Source: the human T2T-CHM13v2.0 reference genome, Homo sapiens. From it: DNA of 64,000 nt. The notes under the pieces are model-generated. The model was not told the DNA's origin, did no database searches, and saw only the letters and a list, made by a program, of their open reading frames with translations. Shown here piece by piece: positions 1 to 31,945 of this stretch. Both the position numbers and the translations under genes were made by a program. Position 1 is the first letter of the stretch; each line of letters begins with the position of its first letter. The stretch lies in the NCBI RefSeq assembly GCF_009914755.1, contig NC_060933.1; one strand, given 5' to 3'.

Positions 1-4902
<4,902 letters not shown>

Positions 4903-5275
4903 TGAGAAAGAAAAAAATCATTTATCTGAGGAATGTAAAGCCCTTTTAAACTGTGGGCCCAGAAAGCTTGATGTTAAGTGCCAGAAAGCATTTCAAATGA
5001 AACCGCAGCCCCTCACTACCCCTCGAGCCAAGTAACTATCCACTGATGACACCAAGCCGTGGTCAATCGCGAACCAATGCCATTTCTACAAGCCAGTGAG
5101 CTCCTGGGCAACGTTCGAAACCACCTGCTCTCCGATGGGCTCTGTTTTCTTTAAAAACCTGAGCCTCTGTTTTGTTCTCCGTTGCACCTGGTGACCCAGG
5201 CCGCCCTCGACCTCTGTGCCTGAATAAACCCACCGGGCACCACATTCTGACCATTTTAATTATTTTAGGTTGACA
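4903..5275 (+). mobile_element. ERV1 3' LTR (~373 bp)
   Basis: Starts TG right after the polypurine tract, AATAAA at 5223-5228, ends TTTTAGGTTGACA (TG...CA rule). Confidence 0.7.
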
Positions 5276-5734
5276 ACTAATACAGGACTCAGCGCCGGTG
5301 GACAGGAAGCCAGGGCCCCTGCAGGGAGGCGCCCGTCCCTTCTCCCGGGGAGGGCAGGGCGGGCGCGCGCGCGTCCCACCGGGAGCGCCTCCTCCTCGGC
5401 GAGGGAGCGAAGGGCCTCCGGGTCCTGTGATGTCCGTGCTCGGAAGGCGCGGAGGAGGGCAGGCCCTGCGGGACAGGGCGGCGGGGTCGCCGGGGTCGGC
5501 TCAGCTCCCCGCGGCGTCCGGCTGCTCGGCGGCCTCCGGAGCGGGGCCCTGCGGGAGAACGCACCTTCCCCGCCCCATCGGGGCCTCAGTTTCCCCACCC
5601 CGGGAGAGCCGGCGGCCCGCCCCCGGCTCACTCCCAGCTACGGCCCTCACCTCAGGACGCGCACCCGGCCCGGCCCCGCTCTGCCCCCGGCGCCCAGACC
5701 GCCCACCTGGCCCGCGCGGCCCGGGGTCGCTCAC

Positions 5735-5880
5735 CTGCGGGGCCGGGACCGCCCCACACCGTCCACGCCCGGCGCGGAACCTTGGCCCGACCGCAGCCGC
5801 TGGCCCGGAGGGCTTTATCCGGCGCACCAAGGCCAGCGCGGGCGGGGCGAGGAAGCCGGGCGCACAAAGCTCCCGGCGGA
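5735..5880 (-). other. EXD3: EXD3 non-coding first exon (5' end approximate)
   Basis: Strong minus-strand donor CAG|GTGAGC at 5735/5734; a second possible donor GAG|GTGAGG at 5651. Identity comes from the known head-to-head gene order with NOXA1, not from coding sequence. Confidence 0.65.
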
Positions 5881-6150
5881 AGTCCGGCCGGGGCGGGGGC
5901 CGAATGGGAGGTGGGCGAGGCCTGAGGGTCTGGAGTGGGCGTAGCCGTTTCTGGCGGGGGCGTGGCCTTACCGGGGAGGGGCGGGCGCCTGCCGCCAGGG
6001 GGCGCCGCGGGGCAGCGGGGTTGCACCTGGCGCTTGGCGCCCGCACCTCTGCCCGCCTCGGAGACCCCGCAGCCCCGCGCCGCCGCCTGGCCCCGGCCCC
6101 GGCCCCTCCGCGGGATCCTGGCCCCTCCTCGAGCGCCGCCACCGGCCGCC

Positions 6151-16982
<10,832 letters not shown>

Positions 16983-17003
16983 TGATGCTGTGTCCATGAT
17001 GCT

Positions 17004-17012
17004 TTTAATAAA
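17004..17012. terminator. Overlapping poly(A) signals: AATAAA (+, 17007-17012, NOXA1) and ATTAAA (-, 17004-17009, ENTPD8)
   Basis: TTTAATAAA lies just over 20 nt after the NOXA1 stop; it is the only AT-rich hexamer between the two stop codons. Confidence 0.8.
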
Positions 17013-17535
17013 AACAACCCCCACTGCAGTCTCACCCTCCAAGTGGGTGTGGGAGGCCGGGCTGGCCCAGCAGAAGCCCCCAGGCCTGGACTCCATCCAT
17101 CTGCTCAGACAACAGCAGGGAGAGCGGGGGTCCAGGTGGGGCAGCTCCCTCCCTTCCACCCCTCTCCGCCCCTCCTGAGGCCCCATCAGGAGCAGGACCC
17201 CTGTGCCTCCGTGGTCTTGCCCTGTTTGCAGGCAGCATGTGGCCCTGCAGTCACACAGCCTGGAGACACCACGAGTCCTGGCGGCCTGTGTGCAGAAAGG
17301 CACCTACGGCCCTGGAAGCCCAGTTGCGGAAGGAGGTTGGGGGAGGGACGCCGGGAGGGGAGGTCATGCAGCCTCTGTGGCCAGCACCACCCTGACGGTG
17401 CCCTGGAGGTGGCTGTCACCTGACCGTGGGCAGAGCCACAGAGCAAGGCCCCACGGCGCTCAGGGCTCAGGAAGCCTCCAGCATCCGGGACGCAGCTGCC
17501 TGTGGGCTCTGTGGGGGCCCACCTCCGCCTTCCCA

Positions 17536-20500
17536 CTAGTCCTGCAACCAGAAGAGCTGGACCAAGGCAGCCCCCACCACCGCCACCAGGGCCAGCACCA
17601 TGAACACCACTTTGGCCACCCAGACGCCGTAGCTCTCTGCCCGCCACTGAGCCGGCGCATCGGCCGGGATCATCCCGGTCAGGTTCAGCATGTAGCCCAG
17701 TGTCCAGCCAATGTCCACACCGCCCGCCTGCGGGACACACGGCTGCTCAGGGCTGCGGGGCAGCTACCCCAGGACCACGACCTGCCCACGCCCACGCCCC
17801 GCCCACGCCCAGGGGAGGCAGTCACCTGCTTTCGGAACTCGAGGCTGGGCCAGGTCTCCTCGCTGAACCCGTAGCCCTCGTGCAGGAGGGTGAGGATGTA
17901 CAGGCCTGAGGCACAGTAGTCCCGCAGCCAGCGGTCCTGCCCAGGGTAGCTGGCCTCCACCTGGGGCCCAGGAGACCAAGAGGCGAGGTGAGGGCCCCTG
18001 ATCCCCAGTCATGCGGGGACCGCCCCATCTGTCCTGGCCAACCTGAGCACGCAGACAACAAGAGGGTGCCGGGCAGTGGTAGAGAGCCCCTCCCTGGCCC
18101 CACCGACCAGTTACGTGGTGCGGGTTGCGGCCCCTTCTTGGCGGGCCAGAGGCTGGGCCCAGCTGCGGCCGTGGCCACAGCCTCCTACCTGGAGTGGCAC
18201 GGCCTGGAGCTGTCCTCTGCCCTTGCCTCCCCCGGCCCTGCTGGCCGTGCTGCCCAGAATGAGGCTCCAGCATCCTGCCCGAGGCAGCCCTGTACCCTCA
18301 GGGACCCTCGCTGCAGCCAGGGAGCCCAGGGCCCACCCACCAGTTTCCAGGGCCTCTGGCAAAACTCCCAGATGGTGGCGTTGACCGTGCTCAGGGGCTG
18401 CCTGGAGGTGAGGTTCAGGAAGTGGAAGGTGTAGTAGAAGTTGGAGAAGGCCTGAGTGAGAGGGGAGGTGGCTGTGCCTTCGCTGTGGCCACGCTGGGCC
18501 AGATCCACCCCACCCGGGCTCCCAGAGCCCCTAAGAGCCAGCCTGGGCCCCTCCTGGGCCTGCTGGAGTCAGACAGGCACCTGAGGCCTCACAAGGAAGC
18601 CCGGACCCCTGGTGGGGGCAGTGTAGGTGCTCACATAGAACTGGCCCCGCAGCGGGGGCTGGTAGACCCCGTCAAAGGCGCAGTCCTCCTGGCCCTGGCA
18701 GCTGGAGAAGTTGAAAAGTTCCCGGATGGCTGAGACGCAGGCTCCAGGGTTGCCTGTCCCTTCAACTGTGAGGTTCTGGGGGAGGCTCAGCGGGGGCGTG
18801 GCGTGGACACAGGGTGACTCATACAGCGGGCCCAGGGCCAGTGTGGTCTGGTAGCCGCTGAGGTAGCACGGGTGACGGAGCAGGGCAGCCGGGCGGCTCT
18901 GCAGAGGGCAGGGAGGCCTGAGCACCAGCCGCACACCTGCGGCCCTGTGCCCCTCCCCGGGGCCGGATGACCCACGCCAGCCCCGCGCCCATACCCTGTG
19001 CGCCCTCCCCGGTGCCGGATGACCCACGCCAGCCCTGTGCCCATAGCCCTGTTCCCACAGCCCCATGCACCCTCCCCAGGGCCAGCTGACCTGCACCAGC
19101 CCCACGAGGAGCCTGCTCAGCATCTGGTCCCGTCCAAAGCACAGGTAGCTGTGAGTGTAGACGCTGTAGTCGGAGCCGTAGAGGCGAAAATCGGCCTGGG
19201 TGCTCTTGTCCAAGATGGGGCCCCCAGGCACGAACGTGATCTGGGTGGAGGCCCCTCCCATGTCCAGGGCACCCACCAGCATCTCCTCCGGAGGCTGGAT
19301 CCATTCTCCAGTGAAGGAGTACTGGGCACAGAAGGGGCCACTCAGCTGGGAGCAGCCACCCGGACCCCGTCCCGGTCAGCCAGCCCCAGACACCAGCCCC
19401 TCGCAGACCAGCCCCCGCCCTCAGGCAGCCTGTGGCACCTTGACCAGCGTCCCCAAGCCGTAGTTGACAGTGATCCAACCAAAGGCACCTTCGGCCTGCC
19501 CGGCCAGGAGCTCGGCACCCCAAAAGTCCACGGGAGACCGGCCCAGGACCTGGGTGACTGCTGCAAAGATGTCCCTGGCCTGAGAGCTGTTCTTCCGGCT
19601 GGGCACAGAGGACCAGGGGCTGGAGCTGGCTGGAAGCCTGGGCCCGGCCCCACCCTGCCTGCCACGCTGGCTGAGACCATGGCTTCTGCAGCCACTCCCC
19701 GTGGGTGCCAAGGCCATGCCTGCCTCACCTGAGCAACCTCATGCCAGCCGTGGCCCCCAGGAACGTGGGTGTTTTCCGATGCTGGGCCTCTGGGATCAGC
19801 ACCAGCGCCTCCTCCAAGCAGCCCTGCAGGCTCTCACCAGCCTGTGCAGCATTAGAAGTGTAGGAGGAGATTCCAGGCCCTGGAACAGCAGCCGGGGACA
19901 GAGCTCCAGACCCCGCAGGCTGGCTGGGCTGAAAGGTAGCCCCCAAAGACGTGACCACCTCATGCCCCCTGGTGCAGCCACCAGCCAAGGGCTGCGTGGA
20001 GTGCTCAGGCTGAAGGAAGCAGGAAGGACCCTAACCCAGAGCCTCTGGAGGGGGTGCGGCCCTGTCCACACCTTGTTTTCAGACTTCTAGAATGCTGAGA
20101 AATAAGCTGCTACTGTTTTAAGCCCCCAATTTGTGGTAATTTGTTACCAGAGCCCCCAGGAAACAAATTCGGGGCCTCCTGTTTTCCCCTCTCAGGATCC
20201 TGGAGTGCAGGCACCCCTGTAACTACCAGCCTCGGCTGCCAGCACCACGTGGTGCCAGGGTGGGGAGCACCAGGGGCCAGAGAGGGTCAGGGCTGGAGGC
20301 AGCAGATGCTGGGCAGACCCAGGCCAGGCCATGAGAATCTGACTGCTCACCAGGATCAGGCAGGGAGGTCCCCAGAGTGCCACCGCGTGAACGCAGGCTC
20401 CGGCCCAGCACCCATGCCCGGCGTGTGAGCTCAGCCAAGTCACTGAACCTCTCCAAACCCTTTCCGTGCAGCTGGGAATCCCAGCCAGGCAGCAACAGGC

Positions 20501-20855
20501 AGGTCCCAGCACCGGGCTGCAGAACAGCCCACTAACCTTCCACCTGGCAGGCCAGGGCCTGGCTGACCACACCCGTGCCATTCTCCTTGTTCGCCGGCCA
20601 CTGATACAGGAAGAGGGACGTGTGGGAGGAGCCCGCATCAAACACGATCCCAAACTGGGGAGACAGTGGGATGAGTGGGAGGCAACACCTGTGGACCCGG
20701 CCCGGCCTCCCCTGCCGGCGGGGACGCACCTTGATGTCTGTGGGCAGGAGCACGCTGGTGGCCTCCACCAGGAGGAGAATGAGTGCCGTGAGGCCTGAGA
20801 CCCCCGAGGCCCCCAGCAGGGCCAAGAAGACCTGCTCCTTCCGGGACAGCCCCAT
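17536..20855 (-). CDS. ENTPD8: Ectonucleoside triphosphate diphosphohydrolase 8 (NTPDase8, CD39/GDA1 family), 495 aa
   Basis: Coding exons 20855-20730, 20654-20537, 19879-19729, 19598-19439, 19321-19091, 18898-18635, 18451-18341, 17960-17826, 17727-17536. Apyrase conserved regions [38 protein letters not shown]; N- and C-terminal transmembrane segments. Confidence 0.98.
18943..19045. repeat. ~51-bp tandem duplication in an ENTPD8 intron
   Basis: CCCTGTGC..CCCTCCCCGG.GCCGGATGACCCACGCCAGCCC at 18943 and 18994. Confidence 0.8.
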
Positions 20856-20993
20856 GGTGCAGGTGGTACTGGTTCCTGTGGGGGGACGGCCGTGGGCACC
20901 CAGGCTGCACTTGGTGTCCCCATCCCGCCCTCCAGAGGCAGAGGCTTCGCTCCCCGTCTCCCTGGAGACGCACCCCTGGACAGCCACTTGCCT

Positions 20994-21264
20994 TAGAGGC
21001 ATCTCCGGGGCTCAGACGCCTCCCGTGGCCATAGAGGCATCCCCGGGGCTCAGACGGTCTCCCGTGGCCTTAGAGGCATCTCCGGGGCTCAGGCGGCCTC
21101 CCGTGGCCATAGAGGCATCTCCGGGGCTCAGACGGCCTCCCGTGGCCATAGAGGCATCCCCGGGGCTCAGACGGCCTCCCGTGGCCATAGAGGCATCCCC
21201 GGGGCTCAGACGGTCTCCCGTGGCCATAGAGGCATCCCCGGGGCTCAGACGCCTCCCGTGGCCA
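20994..21264. repeat. VNTR, 39-bp unit x 7, ENTPD8 intron 1
   Basis: TAGAGGCATC(C/T)CCGGGGCTCAGACGG(C/T)CTCCCGTGGCCA at 20994, 21032, 21071, 21110, 21149, 21188, 21227. Confidence 0.95.
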
Positions 21265-22394
21265 AGGACCACTCCCCAGGAGCCACGCCTGCCAGGGGTG
21301 CCATGGGCATCAGAGGGCCCTGTGGGAGGGGGGCGGGGGGCAGCAGAGGCCTCGTCTGGGGACACAGCCCCAGCAGGATCCAAGTAGCCCCCTCGGACCC
21401 CCTCGGATGGGACTCGCGGAGCTGCCCCCACCATGTGATGGGGCCACCCTGTGTCCCCACCCCTCGGTCCTGCCTCTCCCGTGCCACCCTCCCCAGGAGC
21501 AGCCACAGCTCCAGCCTGCACTGGGGGCCCAGGGCTCTGCCTCCTCTCTGCGGCCCCCACCCCAGGCACTCCTAGGGTGGGGGTTTCTCTCTGGAGCCCT
21601 GAGGGGACTGTTGCCGAGGGGCTGTGGGTGAACCCAGGGTGAGGCCAGCCATCCTAGGAAGCCGAGTGTGAGGCTTCTTAACAACATCGGTTTCTCTGGA
21701 AATCCAGCCCAAGGCTTCCCTAATCTGACTCTGCACCTTCTTAGCTGGTGCCAGATGGCGCCTGGTCGGGAGGTGGACCCAGGGATGCCATCTGAGGGGC
21801 CTGGGCTTCTCTAGCCCTGTGGCCGAGGTGTCCACCTCCTCCTCTGCCCAAACGCCCAGCAAGGGTCTCAGCTCTCAAACTACCCCAGGCCGACCCTGTG
21901 CCCCATACAGCCCCACTTCACACGGGTACCACTGCCAAAGGAGTGGTCAAAGCCAGAGGCTGCCTGCCAAGGTCCCGGCACCTGAACCCCATGTGACCGT
22001 GTCCTATCGTGTTCCCCCGGGAAACGTTGCACCCACACTGAGTGGCAGGCGCGGGTGCTGCCCTGGTCCTGACCTGGGGCTCCTGGGCACGTGGAAAGTG
22101 GGACACGCTGTGGGGTCCTCACGCAATTCTGTATGTCCGGGGGATATAAGCCCATTTTAAGGAGGGTAGATGACAGAGGCTCAGAGAGGACAGGAGGCCG
22201 GTCCAGCCCAGACAGGGCCCAGCCTGTGTCCCCAACCAGCACCCAGGCCATAGGCCACCTCATAGGGACAAACAGGTGACAGGGGCCAGGAACACAGGGA
22301 CTCCACACCCAGAAGATGTAGCCACCTGAGACCCCCAGGCCTGAGCCTCCAGGTAGGCAAAGAGGTTGGGGCAACCTCTCCCACACTCAAAAGA

Positions 22395-23820
22395 CCCCCA
22401 AGACCAGAACAGCCTCCCAGATCAGAACAGCTCCTCAGACCAGGAAAGCGCCCCCCAGACCAGAACAGCCCCCCCGAGACCAGGACAGTGCCCCCAGACC
22501 AGGAGAGCCCCCCAGACCAGGACACCCCCTCAGACAGAACAGTCCCCCAGACCAGGACAGCCCCCCAGACCAGGACAGCCCCCCCCAGACCAGGAGAGCC
22601 CCCCAGACCAGGACACCCCCTCAGACAGAACAGTCCCCCAGACCAGGACAGCCCCCCCAGACCAGGACAGCCCCCCAGACCAGGACAGCCCCCCCAGACC
22701 AGGACAGCCCCCCCAGACCAGGAGAGTCCCCCAGGCCAGGACATCCCCTCACACAGAACAGTCCCTGAGACCAGGACAGCCCCCCCAGACCAGGACACCC
22801 CCTCACACAGAACAGACTCCCAGATCAGGACAGCCCCCCAGACCAGGACAGCCCCCCAGACCAGGACAGCCCCCGCCAGACCAGGACAGCCCCCCCCAGA
22901 CCAGGAGAGCCCCCCAGACCAGGACACCCCCTCACACAGAACAGATTCCCAGACCAGGACAGCCCCCAGACCAGGACAGCCCCCCCCAGACCAGGACAGC
23001 CCCCCAGACCAGGACAGCCCCCCCCCAGACCAGGAGAGCCCCCCAGGCCAGGACACCCCCTCAGACAGAACAGTCCCCCAGACCAGGACAGCCCCCCAGA
23101 CCAGGACAGCCCCCCCCAGACCAGGAGAGCCCCCCAGACCAGGACACCCCCTCAGACAGAACAGTCCCCCAGACCAGGACAGCCCCCCCAGACCAGGACA
23201 GCCCCCCAGACCAGGACAGCCCCCCCAGACCAGGACAGCCCCCCAGACCAGGACAGCCCCCCAGACCAGGACAGCCCCCCCCAGACCAGGACAGCCCCCC
23301 CAGACCAGGACAGCCCCCCAGACCAGGACAGCCCCCCCAGACCAGGACACCCCCTCAGACAGAACAGTCCCCCAGACCAGGACAGCCCCCCCAGACCAGG
23401 ACAGCCCCCCAGACCAGGACAGCCCCCCCAGACCAGGACAGCCCCCCAGACCAGGACAGCCCCCCAGACCAGGACAGCCCCCCCCAGACCAGGACAGCCC
23501 CCCCAGACCAGGACAGCCCCCCAGACCAGGACAGCCCCCCCAGACCAGGACACCCCCTCAGACAGAACAGTCCCCCAGACCAGGACAGCCCCCCCAGACC
23601 AGGACACCCCCTCAGACAGAACAGTCCCCCAGACCAGGACAGCCCCCCCAGACCAGGACACCCCCTCAGACAGAACAGTCCCCCAGACCAGGACAGCCCC
23701 CCCAGACCAGGACAGCCCCCCAGACCAGGACAGCCCCCCCAGACCAAGACAGCCCCCCAGACCAGGACAGCCCCCCAGACCAGGACAGCCCCCCAGACCA
23801 GGACAGCCCCCCCAGGACAT
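22395..23820. repeat. Large VNTR (~1.4 kb), 18-20-bp unit with higher-order variants, ENTPD8 intron 1
   Basis: CCAGACCAGGACAG(C)n units interspersed with a CACCCCCTCAGACAGAACAGTCCCC variant. Confidence 0.97.
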
Positions 23821-23836
23821 CCCTTTGGACCCTCAC

Positions 23837-23920
23837 CTGGGCTGGCTGCCCACTTCCCGGAGCGGCAAGGAGGAAGCTGTGCTTAGACGCTTCTGTGTCC
23901 GCGCACCTGGCGTCCAGCCT
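23837..23920 (-). other. ENTPD8: Probable ENTPD8 non-coding exon 1 (5' end approximate)
   Basis: Minus-strand donor CAG|GTGAGG at 23837/23836, just downstream of a CpG island; matching acceptor at 20875, 20 nt before the ATG. Confidence 0.6.
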
Positions 23921-23939
23921 CTCCCTGCCCCTGGGTCCA

Positions 23940-24530
23940 GGACAGCTGGGGTGGGCGGGGCAGGGCGGTGACAGCCTCGGGCGATGCGCTGTGCACCTGG
24001 CTCCAGGGCCCGCAGGCTGAGGCCAGCGCCCAAGGTCGCCCCGCCCACTCCACCCTCGGGTCCCCCGCCCAGGGTCTCCCCGCATCTCCCACCCGCGGGT
24101 CTGTCTCGGTGCCCAGGGTCGCCCCGCCCCCGGGGGGGTGGGAGGCAGGAGAGGGAAGCTGAGGAGGAGCCTGGAGCTGCGAGGGGCAGAACTCCGGGAC
24201 CCCGCCCCCCACGGCCCGCAGCCGCGCTCCTGACCCCGGCCCGGACTTTACCCCCCGTGCCGCCCGGCCCGGGCAGGTCGGAGTCAGGTGACCCCGAAGG
24301 TCCAGGCCCGGGGCGGGGGCGGAAGCGCCTGCAGCCCCGCGGCGCCCGTCGTTTTCCATTTGCAGCCACTCTGCCTTTCCCGCTCGCCGTGGGTCCCGGG
24401 GCCGCCGCCGTCGGGGTCCGGGCCTCTGAAGCGGGGCGGGGCTGGGGGAGGCGCGGAGCCAGGGCCGGGCTGGGTGGGGCTGGGGGTGTTGGGGGGCGGG
24501 GAATAGGGTGGGGGAATGCTGGGGGGCGGT
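23940..24530. promoter_or_regulatory. CpG island upstream of ENTPD8
   Basis: Dense CpG, several GGGGCGGGG boxes and GCGGAAGC near 24320. Confidence 0.7.
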
Positions 24531-24599
24531 GAATTCCTTTCTGTGTGAGATCCAAGAACCCTCTTGGGGTCTCAATCGGGACTCTCTTTACTGGTAGCA
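24530..24599 (+). mobile_element. 3'-terminal fragment of a MER41-like LTR
   Basis: TGAATTCCTTTCTGTGTGAGATCCAAGAACCCTCTTGGGGTCTCAATCGGGACTCTCTTTACTGGTAGCA resembles the MER41 3' end. Confidence 0.65.
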
Positions 24600-24995
24600 T
24601 ATTTGGTGTCATGTGTGTGCATTTTTGTGCTTTTTCTTGGTGATTTCACTGTTTATAATGGCGTCTCAGCATAGTGCAGAAATGCAAGAAGGCTGAGATG
24701 CACTTTACAGAGAAAACACACATTGGATAAGCTTCATTCGTGCAAGAGTTAGCGCTGTTGGCCATGAGTTCAATGTTAGTGATACAATACATATTAAGTA
24801 AGGTGCCCTTAAACAAAAATACACATAAAAGAAGGTTTTATTAATATATTGATCATTTAACAAAAATGTGACCAGAAGCTTGCAGGAACAGAACTTTGCA
24901 TTTCCCTTAGGAGCAATAGTTTAGCATATTCTTTAATTCAGTGTTTGCAGCAACTTTATACACTAGCTGCCATGGGTCATAAGAGTCAAATGTGT
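24600..24995. mobile_element. TcMar-Tigger-family DNA transposon fragment (MER82-like)
   Basis: GGTGATTTCACTGTTT...GGATAAGCTTCATTC...GAGTTCAATGTTA...TTTCCCTTAGGAGCAAT blocks. Confidence 0.6.
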
Positions 24996-29760
<4,765 letters not shown>

Positions 29761-30140
29761 GCCTTACTCACTCCAGCAGACCCTACGGACCGGACTGTGT
29801 GGGACAGGCATGCGGCTGGCAGCAGCCCCAGGAGCCACCTGACGGGTTAGGACTGCAGGGTCCCTGTGGCTGTTCTGGGTCTCAGAGCTCAGGTGACGGA
29901 CAGATGTGCCTTTGGAGCAGTGCAGTGTGTGGGCACGTGGCGACCTCGCATGCTGTCCTACTTTGAAGAGTGCCACCCTTGAGGCCTGCACGGCAGCGTC
30001 AGCAGATTCCAGGCGGTGGCGACTTGTCTCATCAACTTTGCAGAAAGGAGACTCGGATCCCCCATGATTTCACGATATGTCACTTTCAAATAGTAACTGA
30101 ATAACACAGAGTCTACAGGCATTTGGTATTTACCTAAAAC

Positions 30141-30146
30141 TTTATA
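30141..30146 (-). terminator. Candidate distal NSMF poly(A) signal (variant TATAAA)
   Basis: TTTATA on + within an AT-rich patch at the end of the long GC-rich 3'UTR region. Confidence 0.45.
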
Positions 30147-30793
30147 CACTCAAATTGGCACCAAAACCTGCCCCCTCCCGGGACCCCATCTAGAATGCCC
30201 TGGAAGAGCTGGAGGTGGCTGACGGCTGTGTGACCACCCCCAGCACACTGGGCCTCAAGCCTGCCAGGCTGTGCCAGGCTGCGCACCAGTGGCCCCCTGA
30301 CCCTAGCCCAGCTGATACGTGCTGCTCTGTCCCCCAGCCACGGGGCAGGGAACCAGCTGGCAGCCAGCCTGGCTGTGCCCAGCAGCGGTCTGGGCCCTGA
30401 GGACACCTGAGGTTGAGAGAGTGGCCCCCATCTGTGGCCACACTGCTGACTGCACACACAGTGTGGCGTGAGGGACATACAGCCCTCTCCCTGGTGCCCT
30501 CAGGCGGCAGGGGGAACGGGCTGTCTCTGCTGTCCCCTCCAGACCCGGCGAGGCCCCCCTCCGAGACTGCAGCCTCCCCCCAGCCCTCCTGCAGCTCCTC
30601 TCCGTCCCCTCCTGTGCTGGTCCCCCTGGCTATGCCCTGTGGGGTGGTCTAGTGGCCTAGCTCCAACTCTGTCCAGGCAGGAAGGCCCTGCAGCAGTGAC
30701 CTCACAGGAGTGGGCCCAGAAGCTGGGCACAGGAAGGCCCCTGGAAAGCACTGAGAGGACAGACCCACGCGGCGGCCGCGGTGGAGGATCAGG

Positions 30794-30799
30794 TTTAAT
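30794..30799 (-). terminator. Candidate proximal NSMF poly(A) signal (ATTAAA)
   Basis: TTTAAT on +, 1.15 kb after the stop, with GT-rich sequence downstream on the minus strand. Confidence 0.55.
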
Positions 30800-31945
30800 G
30801 GTCACTATGAGGGTATCGTACATCGTTCCAAGCCCGGCCCCCGCCCCAGCCCTCCCTCAGCTGGGAACACAGCCAGGTGCCCTCAGACCCCTGGCTCTGC
30901 ACAAGGGGGGCCTGCCCCCTCGCCCCAGCTATATACACGACAGCCCATCCTGCTGGCCGTGGACAAAAGCTGGGAGCTCCTGTGCCCAGTCAGGAGCCCC
31001 TACAGTCCACCAGCTGCGCGGCCGGGTCCAGGGGCCCACTGTGGTGCCAGCGAGTTTCTCAAAACCCAGGGCCCAGCCCCAGCTGGGCCCCTGCCAAGCC
31101 CCAGGCCTGTGTGCTGGGATGGAGCCTCCACACTGAGGCTGGTAAAAGCTGAACTCAACAGCAGCAATGAGAGTGCTGGGTGGGCTTGGGGGGATGGGGA
31201 GCAGGCCCCACCCAGAGCCTCCTCTGAAGGAGGGGACGCTGCGCCCTTCCTTCCTGCTGCCCAGACTGCCCCTACCGGGTCCGGCGCCGGCTGAGGTCTA
31301 AGTAAGCAGGGATGGGGGGTGGCAAGAGGAGTGTAAGTGAAAGCACAGACAGTCGGAGACTCGGCCAGTGTAGACAGACCCAGAGACTCGGCCAGTGTAG
31401 ACAGAGCCAGGCTGGGCAGCCCGGCGACGCTGGCCCCACGCACACGGGCCACCCTGGTGCTGGTGATCGATACGGCAGGGAGGGGGTGGGCAGGGAGGGT
31501 CCTGAACACATGTGGGCTGCTGGGCTGCTGGGCCGGGGTGCCTACACTGTAACTAGCAGCATAGTGCTTAACTAGTTAACAAGAAATGCTGCTTCCCTTT
31601 GAATTGTTTCGGGGGTGTAGAAATTGCACTTATTTCTATGAACCCCATGGAGGGATGCCCACAGCTGAGCCTCCAGGCGAGGCATGGCAGGTCAGTGCCT
31701 GGCCGCTGAGCATCCACGGGCCACAGGGCGGGATCCTCCCGGCCCCCAGGGACTGCAGCCTCTGCGGCCACGGGTGCAGCGAGGACCGGAACCCACAGGG
31801 GGAACCTGAGCAACGTCTGAGGTGCCCTGAAGTGGCTCCAGGCGAGACCGGAGCCACACAGTCCCGGGGAGCACGAGGCGGCCCAGCCCCAGGTCCCGGT
31901 GCAGAGGGAGTGGCCTGATGGTGACTGGGCGGAGGCCTCTGCCCC

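Noticed and set aside
22181-24020. 389-510 aa Pro/Gln- or Gly/Trp-rich ORFs on both strands
   Set aside because: They are translations of the stop-poor VNTR, open in several frames, with no splice or domain support.
31340-31405. Short tandem duplication in the NSMF 3'UTR, and similar small repeats near 43960, 45880, 50400 and 63310
   Set aside because: Two to four degenerate copies, common in subtelomeric DNA, with no specific functional clue.
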